Source: Gammaproteobacteria bacterium (lineage in GTDB: Bacteria > Pseudomonadota > Gammaproteobacteria > Chromatiales > Chromatiaceae). From it: a stretch of 31,483 bases of DNA. The stretch spans positions 1 through 31,483 of the forward strand of contig JAHDCB010000001.1 of NCBI GenBank assembly GCA_020630035.1. Reading direction: 5' to 3'. The notes beneath the pieces are model-generated. The model was given only the letters and a program-made list of their open reading frames with translations, was not told where the DNA came from and did not search any database. The translations under genes and the position numbers were made by a program. This document shows positions 6,700-15,702 of the stretch, one piece after another (the stretch's first letter is position 1; the number at the start of each line of letters is the position of its first letter).

Positions 6700-8148
6700 T
6701 TAGCGGCGCCAGAAGGCTGGTGAGAGTAAGACCAGCAGGGTGAAGATTTCGAGTCGCCCGAGCAGCATCGCAAAGCACAGGATGCCCTTGCTGATATCTG
6801 GCAGGTCAGCATAGTGTGACCCTACCTGGCCGAGTCCTGGCCCGAGGTTGTTGATACTGGCAGCCGTCGCGCTGAATGCGGTGATCAGATCCAGACCGGT
6901 CGCTGCCAGGCTCAGGTAGATCAGGCTGAAGCTGGCGACATACAGGGCGAAAAACCCCCAGACAGCGCCAACAATCCGGGTTGAGATCACCTTGTCGCCG
7001 ATGCGCAGGGGCAGTTGGGCGCTGGGATGGATCAGGCGCATGATCTCGCGCATGCCTTGTTTGAATAACAACAGGATGCGGATGACCTTCATGCCGCCGC
7101 CCGTTGAACCAGCACAGCCACCGATAAAGCTGCTGAATAGCAGCAGGATGGTGATAAAGGCTGGCCACTGGTGCCACTCGGCGGTGGTAAATCCGGCGGT
7201 GGTTGCGATTGATACTGCCTGAAACAGGCCCTGGCTGACATTGGTCTGCCAGGCTGTGCCCGGGTTGGTCAGTAGTAGCCCGATGATGGTGCCGAGTACC
7301 ACCAGGCTTAATAGCGAGACGTACAGCCGACATTCGGCGTCTTGCCAGTAGATACGCAGGTTGCGGCGGCGCAGGGCGACAAAGTGTAATGAGAAGTTGA
7401 TCGCTGCCAGCAGCATAAAGATGATTGCGACAGCCTGTATTGCCGGGCTGGCAAAATGGCCGAGGCTGGCATCGTGGGTTGAAAAGCCGCCGATGGCGAT
7501 GGTTGCATACGCATGGCCTAACGCATCAAACACGCTCATCCCGGCGGCCCAATAGGCGACGGCGCAAATTAGGGTCAGGCTAAGATAAATTAACCACAAG
7601 GCCTTCGCGGTTTCGGTAATACGCGGGGTCAGTTTTGCATCTTTCATCGGCCCGGGTGTTTCTGCCCGGTAGAGTTGCATGCCACCGATGCCCAGTAGCG
7701 GCAATACCGCCACCGCTAAGACGATGATGCCCATCCCACCGAGCCATTGCAGCTGCTGGCGGTAGTACAGGATAGAACGTGGCAGGTCATCAAGCTGGGT
7801 GATGACGGTTGCACCTGTGGTGGTCAGTCCAGAGACAGATTCAAACAGTGCGTCGATAACGGATAGTTCTGGTTCATGTGCCAACATGAATGGCAGGGAG
7901 CCGGTGGCGGTGAGTACCAGCCAGAACATGGCCACGATAATAAAGCCGTCACGCAATTGCATTTCGCGCCGTGGCCGGATCACTGGCAGCCAGCTGATCA
8001 GCCCGATACTGAGGGTCAGGGTAAATGCAGTGGCAAATGCAGTCGCTGTGTTATCTGCATCGTAAATTGCCAGCCCCAGCGGAGGTAGCAGGGTCAGGCT
8101 GAAGAAGGTGAGTAAGATACCGAGGATGCGCTGGATGGGTGAGGACAT
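6700..8148 (-). CDS. trkH: Trk K+ uptake membrane protein
   Basis: Polytopic protein with pore motifs FESVSGLTTTGAT, QWLGGMGI, IAIGGFS, SIATTAGF, GGCAGSTGGGMK, INNLGPG and MLLGRLEI. Confidence 0.96.
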   Translation of the reverse strand: MSSPIQRILGILLTFFSLTLLPPLGLAIYDADNTATAFATAFTLTLSIGLISWLPVIRPRREMQLRDGFIIVAMFWLVLTATGSLPFMLAHEPELSVIDALFESVSGLTTTGATVITQLDDLPRSILYYRQQLQWLGGMGIIVLAVAVLPLLGIGGMQLYRAETPGPMKDAKLTPRITETAKALWLIYLSLTLICAVAYWAAGMSVFDALGHAYATIAIGGFSTHDASLGHFASPAIQAVAIIFMLLAAINFSLHFVALRRRNLRIYWQDAECRLYVSLLSLVVLGTIIGLLLTNPGTAWQTNVSQGLFQAVSIATTAGFTTAEWHQWPAFITILLLFSSFIGGCAGSTGGGMKVIRILLLFKQGMREIMRLIHPSAQLPLRIGDKVISTRIVGAVWGFFALYVASFSLIYLSLAATGLDLITAFSATAASINNLGPGLGQVGSHYADLPDISKGILCFAMLLGRLEIFTLLVLLSPAFWRR

Positions 8149-8177
8149 CTAGGGGGCGTTCTCAATGCGCTGATGGG

Positions 8178-9551
8178 TTATAAAAAGGTGACGCCGACCT
8201 GAAACAGGCGCTCAACGGTTGCGATTTTGCGTTTATCAGTCACAAACAATATCAGGTGGTCTTCAGCTTCGATGCGGGTGTCGTGATGCGCAATAAGGAC
8301 CTGATCCTGGCGCACAATGGCACCAATCCGGGCTTCTTCCGGCAGGCGTAGGTCGTCTATCCGTCGTCCGACCACGCGCGAGGTTTCTGCATCGCCGTGG
8401 GCGACGGCTTCAATCGCTTCGGCTGCGCCCCGGCGTAAGGCATGCACTGCAGCGACATCACCACGTCGCACGTGGGTCAGCAGGGAGCCAATGGTGGCCT
8501 GCTGGGGTGAGATTGCGATGTCGATGCTGCCTGATTGCACCAGATCAACATACGCAGCACGGTTGATCAGTGCCATCACCTTCCGCGCTCCCAGGCGTTT
8601 TGCCAGCATTGCGGATAAGATATTCACTTCGTCGTCGTCTGTGACTGCGCAGAACACGTCAGTATGTTCAATATTTTCTTCAAGCAGCAGTTCTTCGTCG
8701 GCTGCATCGCCATGCAGCACGATGGTTTGCGCCAGTTGTTCGGCAATCTGTTGTGCGTGGTGGAGGTCATGTTCTATCAACTTGACCTGGTAGTCGGATT
8801 CCAGCGCCGCAGCCAGTCGGCGTCCGATATTGCCGCCGCCGGCAAACATCAGGCGGCGAAACGGCTTTTCCGCCCGGCGTAATTCACGCATCACGGCAGC
8901 AATATGGTTGGCGGCTGCCAGAAAAAAGACTTCGTCGTCGACTTCAATACAGGTGTCACCGGTAGGTTCTATCGCCCGGTCTTTACGATAAATCGCGACC
9001 ACCCGGGCCTTTTCACCGCGCAGATGTTGGTTGAGTTCGCGCAGTGCATGGCCGACCAGCGGGCCGCCGTGGTAGGCACGGAGTGCGACCAGCCGTACCT
9101 TGCCTTGTGCAAAGTCCAGCACTTGTAGCGCTCCCGGGTGTTGTATCAGCCGCAGGATATAATCGGTTACTAATTGTTCCGGGCTGATCAGCACGTCGAC
9201 TGGCAGGGCCTGTTGTGAGAACAGGTTTGGATATTTCAGGTATTCCGGTTCCCGCACCCGGGCAATCTTGGTCGGGGTGTGGAATAAGGTCCAGGCCGCC
9301 TGGCAGGCCACCATGTTGGTTTCGTCGCTATGAGTGACGGCAATGATCATGTCGGCATCTTCTGCCCCGGCCTGTTGCAGTATATGCGGGTGTGATGCCT
9401 GTCCCTGGATCGTGCGGATATCCAGCCGGTCCTGGAGTTCCTGCAGCAGGTCGTTGTTGTGATCGACGATGGTGATATCGTTCGCTTCGCTGGCAAGATT
9501 ACGTGCAATGGTGGTGCCGACCTGACCTGCACCCAGAATAATGATCTTCAT
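8178..9551 (-). CDS. trkA: Trk K+ uptake NAD-binding regulatory subunit
   Basis: [12 protein letters not shown], a second RCK domain (FAGGGNIG), [11 protein letters not shown] and VERLFQV end; 457 aa; adjacent to trkH. Confidence 0.97.
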   Translation of the reverse strand: MKIIILGAGQVGTTIARNLASEANDITIVDHNNDLLQELQDRLDIRTIQGQASHPHILQQAGAEDADMIIAVTHSDETNMVACQAAWTLFHTPTKIARVREPEYLKYPNLFSQQALPVDVLISPEQLVTDYILRLIQHPGALQVLDFAQGKVRLVALRAYHGGPLVGHALRELNQHLRGEKARVVAIYRKDRAIEPTGDTCIEVDDEVFFLAAANHIAAVMRELRRAEKPFRRLMFAGGGNIGRRLAAALESDYQVKLIEHDLHHAQQIAEQLAQTIVLHGDAADEELLLEENIEHTDVFCAVTDDDEVNILSAMLAKRLGARKVMALINRAAYVDLVQSGSIDIAISPQQATIGSLLTHVRRGDVAAVHALRRGAAEAIEAVAHGDAETSRVVGRRIDDLRLPEEARIGAIVRQDQVLIAHHDTRIEAEDHLILFVTDKRKIATVERLFQVGVTFL

Positions 9552-9562
9552 CCGGATTCTCG

Positions 9563-10366
9563 CTAAAAGTGACGTTCGCGCCGAATGACTTCGTAGGCTT
9601 GCTTGATCTCATGGGTTTTTTTCGCAGCCACTTGCATCATGTCTTCCGGCAGACCTTTGGAGACCAGCTTATCCGGGTGGTGTTGGCTGAGCAGCCGCCG
9701 GTAAGCACGCTTGATTTCTGCGACTGAGGCCTGCGGGCTGATACCCAGTAAGGCATAGGCGTCAGCTGTTGATGGTTCTGATCGGGTGGTTTGTCCCTGT
9801 TGATGGAAGCCGCGTCCGGCTTGTACCATCCGCTCCATGCGCCGGTAGTGTTGTTCACTGACCCCCAGGCTGGCACAGATCTGCAATAACAACTGATCTT
9901 CTGCGGTATGCAGTTGACCGTCTGCGTAGGCGGCGTGTAATTGTATTTCCAGGAAGGTTTGCAGCAGGCCCGGCCTGCCTCGGCAGACCTGACCCAGCTC
10001 GCGTAGACGGGCGTGCAGATCGCATTGGTCTGCTTTGCCTTCATTAAACAATCGAATCGCATTGGCACGCTGTGCTGCACTCAGGCCCAGTTGTGCGATT
10101 ACCTGTTCAGCCAGGCGGATTTCGGCCGGGCTGATCTGACCGTCTGCCTTGGCTAGTTTGCCCATGATCTGGAAGGTCGCCCGAAAAAAGACCGTCTCGA
10201 CTTGTTCCCGGCTGGTAAAGTTAAACGGGTGCTGAAACTGATGCAGCGGGATCTGACGCCAACCCCGATCAAACTGATGACCTAATATCGCACCGAATAT
10301 GGCTCCCCAGAAGCCGCCGAACAGGTGCCCGAAAAAGGCACCGATAATTTTTCCCCACCATTGCAT
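9563..10366 (-). CDS. djlA: Co-chaperone DjlA
   Basis: N-terminal membrane anchor [11 protein letters not shown]...GHQFD, central [11 protein letters not shown] segment, and a C-terminal J-domain with HHPDK. Confidence 0.93.
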   Translation of the reverse strand: MQWWGKIIGAFFGHLFGGFWGAIFGAILGHQFDRGWRQIPLHQFQHPFNFTSREQVETVFFRATFQIMGKLAKADGQISPAEIRLAEQVIAQLGLSAAQRANAIRLFNEGKADQCDLHARLRELGQVCRGRPGLLQTFLEIQLHAAYADGQLHTAEDQLLLQICASLGVSEQHYRRMERMVQAGRGFHQQGQTTRSEPSTADAYALLGISPQASVAEIKRAYRRLLSQHHPDKLVSKGLPEDMMQVAAKKTHEIKQAYEVIRRERHF

Positions 10367-10390
10367 GGTTTAATCTTCCTCAGAGTCTGT

Positions 10391-10714
10391 ATGCGCTATT
10401 ACCAGCAACATGTGTTTTTCTGTACCAATCTGCGTGATTCTGTCCGTCAGTCGTGCCAGCGATGTGATGCTCAGGCTGCCCGGAATTATGTCAAACAACG
10501 CTGTAAAGCAGTATTTTCTGATCCACGTGCCATTCGTATCAACAGTGCCGGGTGTCTGAACCGTTGTCAACACGGTCCGGTGTTGGTGATCTACCCGCAG
10601 GGTATCTGGTATCGCTATGATAATCAGAACGATCTGGACGACATTATTGATCAGCATCTGCAAAAAGGCGAGATAGTCGAGCGGCTATTGTTGCCAGCAC
10701 CTCCGGCATTATGA
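10391..10714 (+). CDS. Thioredoxin-like [2Fe-2S] ferredoxin (start reassigned to ATG 10391)
   Basis: HVFFCTNLR...CQRC...RINSAGCLNRCQHGPVLVIYPQGIWY pattern with the four expected cysteines. Confidence 0.88.
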   Translation: MRYYQQHVFFCTNLRDSVRQSCQRCDAQAARNYVKQRCKAVFSDPRAIRINSAGCLNRCQHGPVLVIYPQGIWYRYDNQNDLDDIIDQHLQKGEIVERLLLPAPPAL

Positions 10715-10734
10715 CGATTGGCATGGTAAATTTG

Positions 10735-11961
10735 TCAGGGATGCAGGATATGATGTTGTGCAATGGTCTTGATTGTATTTGACCTGATGCCAAGATCAGC
10801 AGCGAGGGTGTGCCACTGGCTGAGTGCCTGTGTGGTTTGTTCTACGATTGTTATTGCTTTGTTGGGCTTGATATCAGCGAGCCTGGCCAGGTCAAGCAGG
10901 TGTTGTTGTGTAAATCGTCGGCTTGCTCCCATCAGCAGTGTGCTTTGTTCGCCATTCGGGCCAGAGGAATAGGTGATGTCGTATGCCGGTGAAAAGGTCC
11001 AGGTGCCGGTTTTATCCAGGATGAATGAAAAGTTTTTGGCATGATCATCCCGGTTATGCGACAACACGTTGAAGACGGCTAACTGGTACAGCTTTTCGAC
11101 TTCTTTTACAGATCGAGTCAGGACAAAACAGGCCTTGATCAGATCCTGATAGTCCAGACAGGGCGTTCTGAAGTCTGCGTGTAATAAACCACAGGCACTG
11201 AGAATGTGGCGGCGCTGGTTATGCTGCCGGTCAAATCGCCGGGTGGCAAAATAACGTTGCTGTAACAGCCGTACCTCTGGTACATCAACACCGGCCAGTT
11301 GTGCCATCCTGGCATAGGCGTATTCAATCAGACCGGCTTGCGGGTCATCATACAGGTGGCTGAATTTAACGATCCAGTGTTGAAAGCCGGTCGGCAGATC
11401 ACCTACCCCGGGTATGACCTGACTGGCTTGTTCGTTCAGGCCAATCAGCACCTTTGGCCGCGCACCAGCGGATGACCCGTTCAGTCGGAATAACTGTTCG
11501 GAAAACTCAGTGCCTCCCTGGATCAGGGCTGCTTGTTCCGCCAGACTGGACAGATCCAGCAGGGTATCCTGGTGTGTTGTATCGCTATAGTCAGGCAGGT
11601 AGGTTAAGGCGCCTATTGCTTGCTGACCGACTGCACATAACCGATCTAATGGCGAACAGCGAGCTGGGTCAATCTGACGCGATCTGAGCTTCCGGTCCAG
11701 CAATAAGCGCCCCCAGCCGTCCGGCAGGCTGTCATTAAACACACCGAACAGACCTTCAAACAAGTGCGGTTCTGCACGTATCAAGCCGGTTCTCAGGGGC
11801 AGTCTGAAGGGCGAAATCTGCAAACTGGAATGGATAAATTCCCGGTCATATTCAAAAAAAATCACCCGATCTTTGATTGCCAGTCTGCCCACCGATAGGG
11901 TGGTATCCTGATCAAAGTGTAATGTCACCTTGACTTGTGTGGCGGGTAGAAAACTGGTCAT
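10735..11961 (-). CDS. hipA: HipA-family kinase toxin (type II TA)
   Basis: N-terminal coupling region (FEYD...SLPDGWG), Gly loop GSSAGARPK, RRFDR, catalytic NRDDHAKNFS and SPAYD. Confidence 0.92.
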   Translation of the reverse strand: MTSFLPATQVKVTLHFDQDTTLSVGRLAIKDRVIFFEYDREFIHSSLQISPFRLPLRTGLIRAEPHLFEGLFGVFNDSLPDGWGRLLLDRKLRSRQIDPARCSPLDRLCAVGQQAIGALTYLPDYSDTTHQDTLLDLSSLAEQAALIQGGTEFSEQLFRLNGSSAGARPKVLIGLNEQASQVIPGVGDLPTGFQHWIVKFSHLYDDPQAGLIEYAYARMAQLAGVDVPEVRLLQQRYFATRRFDRQHNQRRHILSACGLLHADFRTPCLDYQDLIKACFVLTRSVKEVEKLYQLAVFNVLSHNRDDHAKNFSFILDKTGTWTFSPAYDITYSSGPNGEQSTLLMGASRRFTQQHLLDLARLADIKPNKAITIVEQTTQALSQWHTLAADLGIRSNTIKTIAQHHILHP

Positions 11962-12236
11962 GGCAAGGTTTTTAACAAATCATCCATGGACGTGTAGGGT
12001 GTCGCTTGAGCATAAAACAGCGTCATCAGGTCGTCCGCCAGTTCCAGTACAAACAAAAGCTTGATGAAAGAGGCCAGAGAGATCTGGCCGGTTTGTTCGT
12101 ATTTCCGTAAGGTGGACAGAGAAACGCCGGATAACTCAGCCAGCCGGACCTGGCTAAGCTGCATTTGTTTTCTGCGTTTTCTGACGGCCTGACATAACTC
12201 AGCCAATAATTCGCGCGGTGTTCTAAGTGATACCAT
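11958..12236 (-). CDS. XRE/HTH antitoxin (HipB-like)
   Basis: 92 aa with RRKQMQLSQVRLAELSGVSLSTLRKYEQTG helix-turn-helix; overlaps the hipA start by 4 bp. Confidence 0.88.
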   Translation of the reverse strand: MVSLRTPRELLAELCQAVRKRRKQMQLSQVRLAELSGVSLSTLRKYEQTGQISLASFIKLLFVLELADDLMTLFYAQATPYTSMDDLLKTLP

Positions 12237-12295
12237 AGTAGCGATATTATACGATTTTTGGCAAAAATTAATACAATAATGTTACTTTCTATCGG

Positions 12296-15200
12296 TTGGC
12301 TTATTGCCTGGATGGTACCTTGATAACAGATAACGCACAACGACGTACAGCACTGAATCCGGCAGAATCGTATATCGTGCAAGCACCGGCAGGGTCGGGT
12401 AAAACCGAATTGCTGACGCAGCGTTACCTGCGTCTGCTGGCGCAGGTAACGCTGCCGGAGCAGATTCTAGCGATCACCTTCACGCGTAAGGCCGCAGCCG
12501 AAATGCGTCAACGGGTACTGGCAGCCCTTGCCCGGAAAGATACCGAATCGCCAGAGACGCCGCATCAGGCTCTGACCTGGCAATTGGCGCAGGCGGCGCG
12601 TGAGCAGGATGCTGCACAGGGCTGGTATCTGTGCGATAACCCACACCGGTTGCGATTGCAGACCTTTGATAGCCTGGCAGCAGAGCTGACCAGGCAAATG
12701 CCAGTGCTGGCAGAATTAGGTGCACAACCGGCGGTCACAGAACAGGCCGGGCCTGTTTATCAGCAGGCAGCACGGGCCACGTTAGCCAGTCTGACAGAAG
12801 CGGATATGGCGCCGCATCTGAGCGCGGTACTGCGCCACCTGGATAATCAAGCGGGCCAGTTGGAACGGCTGATCTGCCGGATGTTACCACGGCGTGAACA
12901 ATGGTTGCCAAGTCTCCTGCAACTGCCGGATGTTTCCCGGCTGGAGATAGCACTGCAGGCTGAAATTGAACAGGATCTACAGCGCCTGGTAACAGCCTGG
13001 GAACCGGCGTTACTGGCGCAGGCGACTCGTCTGGCTCGGTTCGCGGCATTGCATGTGTCTGCAGATCATGTACTGCGTGCCTGGCTTGAACCGCCTGAAT
13101 CACTGTTGCCGGAATGGTCGCATCTGCATTGGTGGTGCGGCTTGGCGGCCCTCCTGCTGACTGTACGCGGCGAGTGGCGCAAAACAGTCGATAAACGGGT
13201 TGGCTTCCCTTCTCCGAAGACACCCGGCATGACCGCTGAAGAGCGACAGGTACGCCAGATGGCGAAGGCCGATATACGGGCGCTTCTGGTAGAAATGACA
13301 TCGAATCCGTTGCTACAAGCGCAATTAGCACAGGTACCGTATCTTCCGACAACAGGTTATCAGGCAGACCAGGTCGCCTTACTCGGCCACCTGCGCGTGG
13401 TGTTATTGCGTGCAGCGGCTGAGTTACGCCTGGTGTTTCAGGCGACAGGTGAAGTCGATTTTGCCGAGCTGCAACAACGGGCGATCCAGGCCCTGGGTGC
13501 GGAAACCGCTCCGACCGATCTGGCCCTGGTGTTAGATCATCGTATCCGACATATCCTGATCGACGAATTTCAGGATACCTCTATCAGTCAATATCGCCTG
13601 CTGTGTCTGCTGACAACAGGTTGGCAACCAGGCGATGGGCGTACCTTATTCGTCGTTGGTGATCCGATGCAGTCGATCTATCGCTTTCGCGAAGCCGAAG
13701 TCGGACTGTATTTACGCACCCGTGACCAGGGGCTTGGCGACCTTGTCCTGACACCTCTGATCTTGCAAATGAATTTTCGCTCGACACCGGGCATTGTGAA
13801 CTGGGTTAATCAAACCTTTCAGGTGTTGTTTCCAACCAGAGCGGACCCTGACCTGGGAGCGGTAGCCTACGCACCTTCACAGGCGGCACAAGCTACCGAA
13901 CCCCTGGATGCTGTCCATTGGCACCCGCAGATCGGACGCGATGATGAGGCAGAAGCGCAGCAGATTGCGGCATTGATACGCACCGTGCAGCAACAGCAGT
14001 CCAAGGTGCAGATCGCAGTGCTGGTGCGTAGCCGTCAGCACCTGACAACGATTGCAGCTGCCCTGGCCAGCACGCAGATACGTTATCAGGCAGTCGATGT
14101 TGATCCGCTGCAACACCGGCCCGTCGTGCAGGACTTGCGCAGCCTGACCGGAGCCCTGCTGCATCCGGCGGATCGACTGGCCTGGTTGGCATTATTACGC
14201 ACCCCTTGGGTCGGCTTATCACTGGCAGATCTGCTGACCATAGCAGAGAGTCCGGAACCACTGATCTATGCTGCGTTACAGCACTCGGTTGTACAGGCAC
14301 GGCTCAGCCCGGACGGGCTGCAGCGGGTGCAGCGTTTGTTACGTCTGCTGCAACCATGCATACCGTATCGCGCACGACAGCCACTGAGCACACTGGTGGA
14401 AGGTGCCTGGCTGGCCCTGGGTGGTTGCGCCCTGGCGGATGCTGCTGGTGTGGCGGATGCACAGGCCTATTTCAACCTGCTGGCGCAGATCGTTCCGGCG
14501 CATGGCTTACCGGATAGTGCCGGCCTGGACGAGCAACTGGCACGATTGTATGCTGCGCCGGATCCACAGGCCGACGGGTGTGTGCAACTGATGACACTGC
14601 ATGCCGCCAAAGGCCTGGAGTTTGACGTGGTGATTCTGCCAGGGCTGGGACGCCGGACGCGGCGTAATACATCAGAGCTGTTGTATTGGCAGGAACGTAC
14701 GCAGTCCACAGCACCCTTACTCATTGCGCCGATTCGAGCTGCTGCGACCGCAGCAGAGCCGATAGCGGATTATATTGCGCAGCGACAACAGCAGCAGGAA
14801 CAACTTGAAACCGTCCGTCTGCTGTATGTGGCTGCGACCCGGGCACGGCAGCAGCTACACCTGTTTGGTCATGGTACCTGCAACAACACCGGCCTAGTCA
14901 GACCAGCAGCAGGCAGCTTATTGCATACCCTCTGGCCGCTTGCCGAACCTTGTTACGCCAACCTTGCTGAACAAGACGCGGTACCTGAGCCAGCGGCCAA
15001 GCTGCATGCGCGTACCGAACAACGTCTGCCAGCAGACTGGCAGCTCATGTTACCTCAGATGCAACGTCAGTCACAGCAAACACCTGGTAACACGTCCATT
15101 GCTGCTGAACTGACCTCGACCTGGGTGGCAGATACGGCACGCCACATAGGTACCTTGGTACACCGTTACCTGGAGCGAGTCGGGCATGAAGGGCTGGATC

Positions 15201-15676
15201 AGTGGTCACCTGAGCGACTCACCGATTTGCGTCCGGCATTGCAGGTCGGGCTGGCTCATCTGGGAGTGACGACAGCTGAGCTGACATCAGCCACAGACAC
15301 TGTCTGCCGGGCATTGCACAATACCCTGACCGATACGCGCGGACGCTGGATATTGCAAGCTCATCAGGCTGTAGCCAGCGAATGGGCACTGACCTGGCAG
15401 CAGCCAGAGGAACAACCAGGTGCCCGGCACTATGTGATTGATCGTACCTTCATCGATGAAGCTGGTACCCGCTGGATTATCGACTACAAAACAGCCGAAC
15501 CCGGCGCCGGCCAGTCGCTGGCAGATTTTATGGCGCAACAACAGGCACAATACCAGGATCAGCTATATCGGTATGGGCAGCTCATAAGCCAGATGGAACA
15601 CCGTCCCATCCAGCTGGCGCTGTATTTTCCGTTGTGCTGCGGCTGGCAAACCTGGGCATGGACTGCTGACACCTGA
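12296..15676 (+). CDS. UvrD-like SF1A helicase with C-terminal RecB-family nuclease (AddA-like); start uncertain (TTG 12296 or 12320)
   Basis: APAGSGKT, TFTRKAAAEM, IDEFQDTS, VGDPMQSIYRFR, NFRS, TLHAAKGLEFD and YVAATRAR; nuclease IDRTF...WIIDYKT...QLYRY. Confidence 0.9.
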   Translation: MAYCLDGTLITDNAQRRTALNPAESYIVQAPAGSGKTELLTQRYLRLLAQVTLPEQILAITFTRKAAAEMRQRVLAALARKDTESPETPHQALTWQLAQAAREQDAAQGWYLCDNPHRLRLQTFDSLAAELTRQMPVLAELGAQPAVTEQAGPVYQQAARATLASLTEADMAPHLSAVLRHLDNQAGQLERLICRMLPRREQWLPSLLQLPDVSRLEIALQAEIEQDLQRLVTAWEPALLAQATRLARFAALHVSADHVLRAWLEPPESLLPEWSHLHWWCGLAALLLTVRGEWRKTVDKRVGFPSPKTPGMTAEERQVRQMAKADIRALLVEMTSNPLLQAQLAQVPYLPTTGYQADQVALLGHLRVVLLRAAAELRLVFQATGEVDFAELQQRAIQALGAETAPTDLALVLDHRIRHILIDEFQDTSISQYRLLCLLTTGWQPGDGRTLFVVGDPMQSIYRFREAEVGLYLRTRDQGLGDLVLTPLILQMNFRSTPGIVNWVNQTFQVLFPTRADPDLGAVAYAPSQAAQATEPLDAVHWHPQIGRDDEAEAQQIAALIRTVQQQQSKVQIAVLVRSRQHLTTIAAALASTQIRYQAVDVDPLQHRPVVQDLRSLTGALLHPADRLAWLALLRTPWVGLSLADLLTIAESPEPLIYAALQHSVVQARLSPDGLQRVQRLLRLLQPCIPYRARQPLSTLVEGAWLALGGCALADAAGVADAQAYFNLLAQIVPAHGLPDSAGLDEQLARLYAAPDPQADGCVQLMTLHAAKGLEFDVVILPGLGRRTRRNTSELLYWQERTQSTAPLLIAPIRAAATAAEPIADYIAQRQQQQEQLETVRLLYVAATRARQQLHLFGHGTCNNTGLVRPAAGSLLHTLWPLAEPCYANLAEQDAVPEPAAKLHARTEQRLPADWQLMLPQMQRQSQQTPGNTSIAAELTSTWVADTARHIGTLVHRYLERVGHEGLDQWSPERLTDLRPALQVGLAHLGVTTAELTSATDTVCRALHNTLTDTRGRWILQAHQAVASEWALTWQQPEEQPGARHYVIDRTFIDEAGTRWIIDYKTAEPGAGQSLADFMAQQQAQYQDQLYRYGQLISQMEHRPIQLALYFPLCCGWQTWAWTADT

Positions 15677-15702
15677 CGGGTCAGCTGCTGCTATCGGCTC
15701 GG

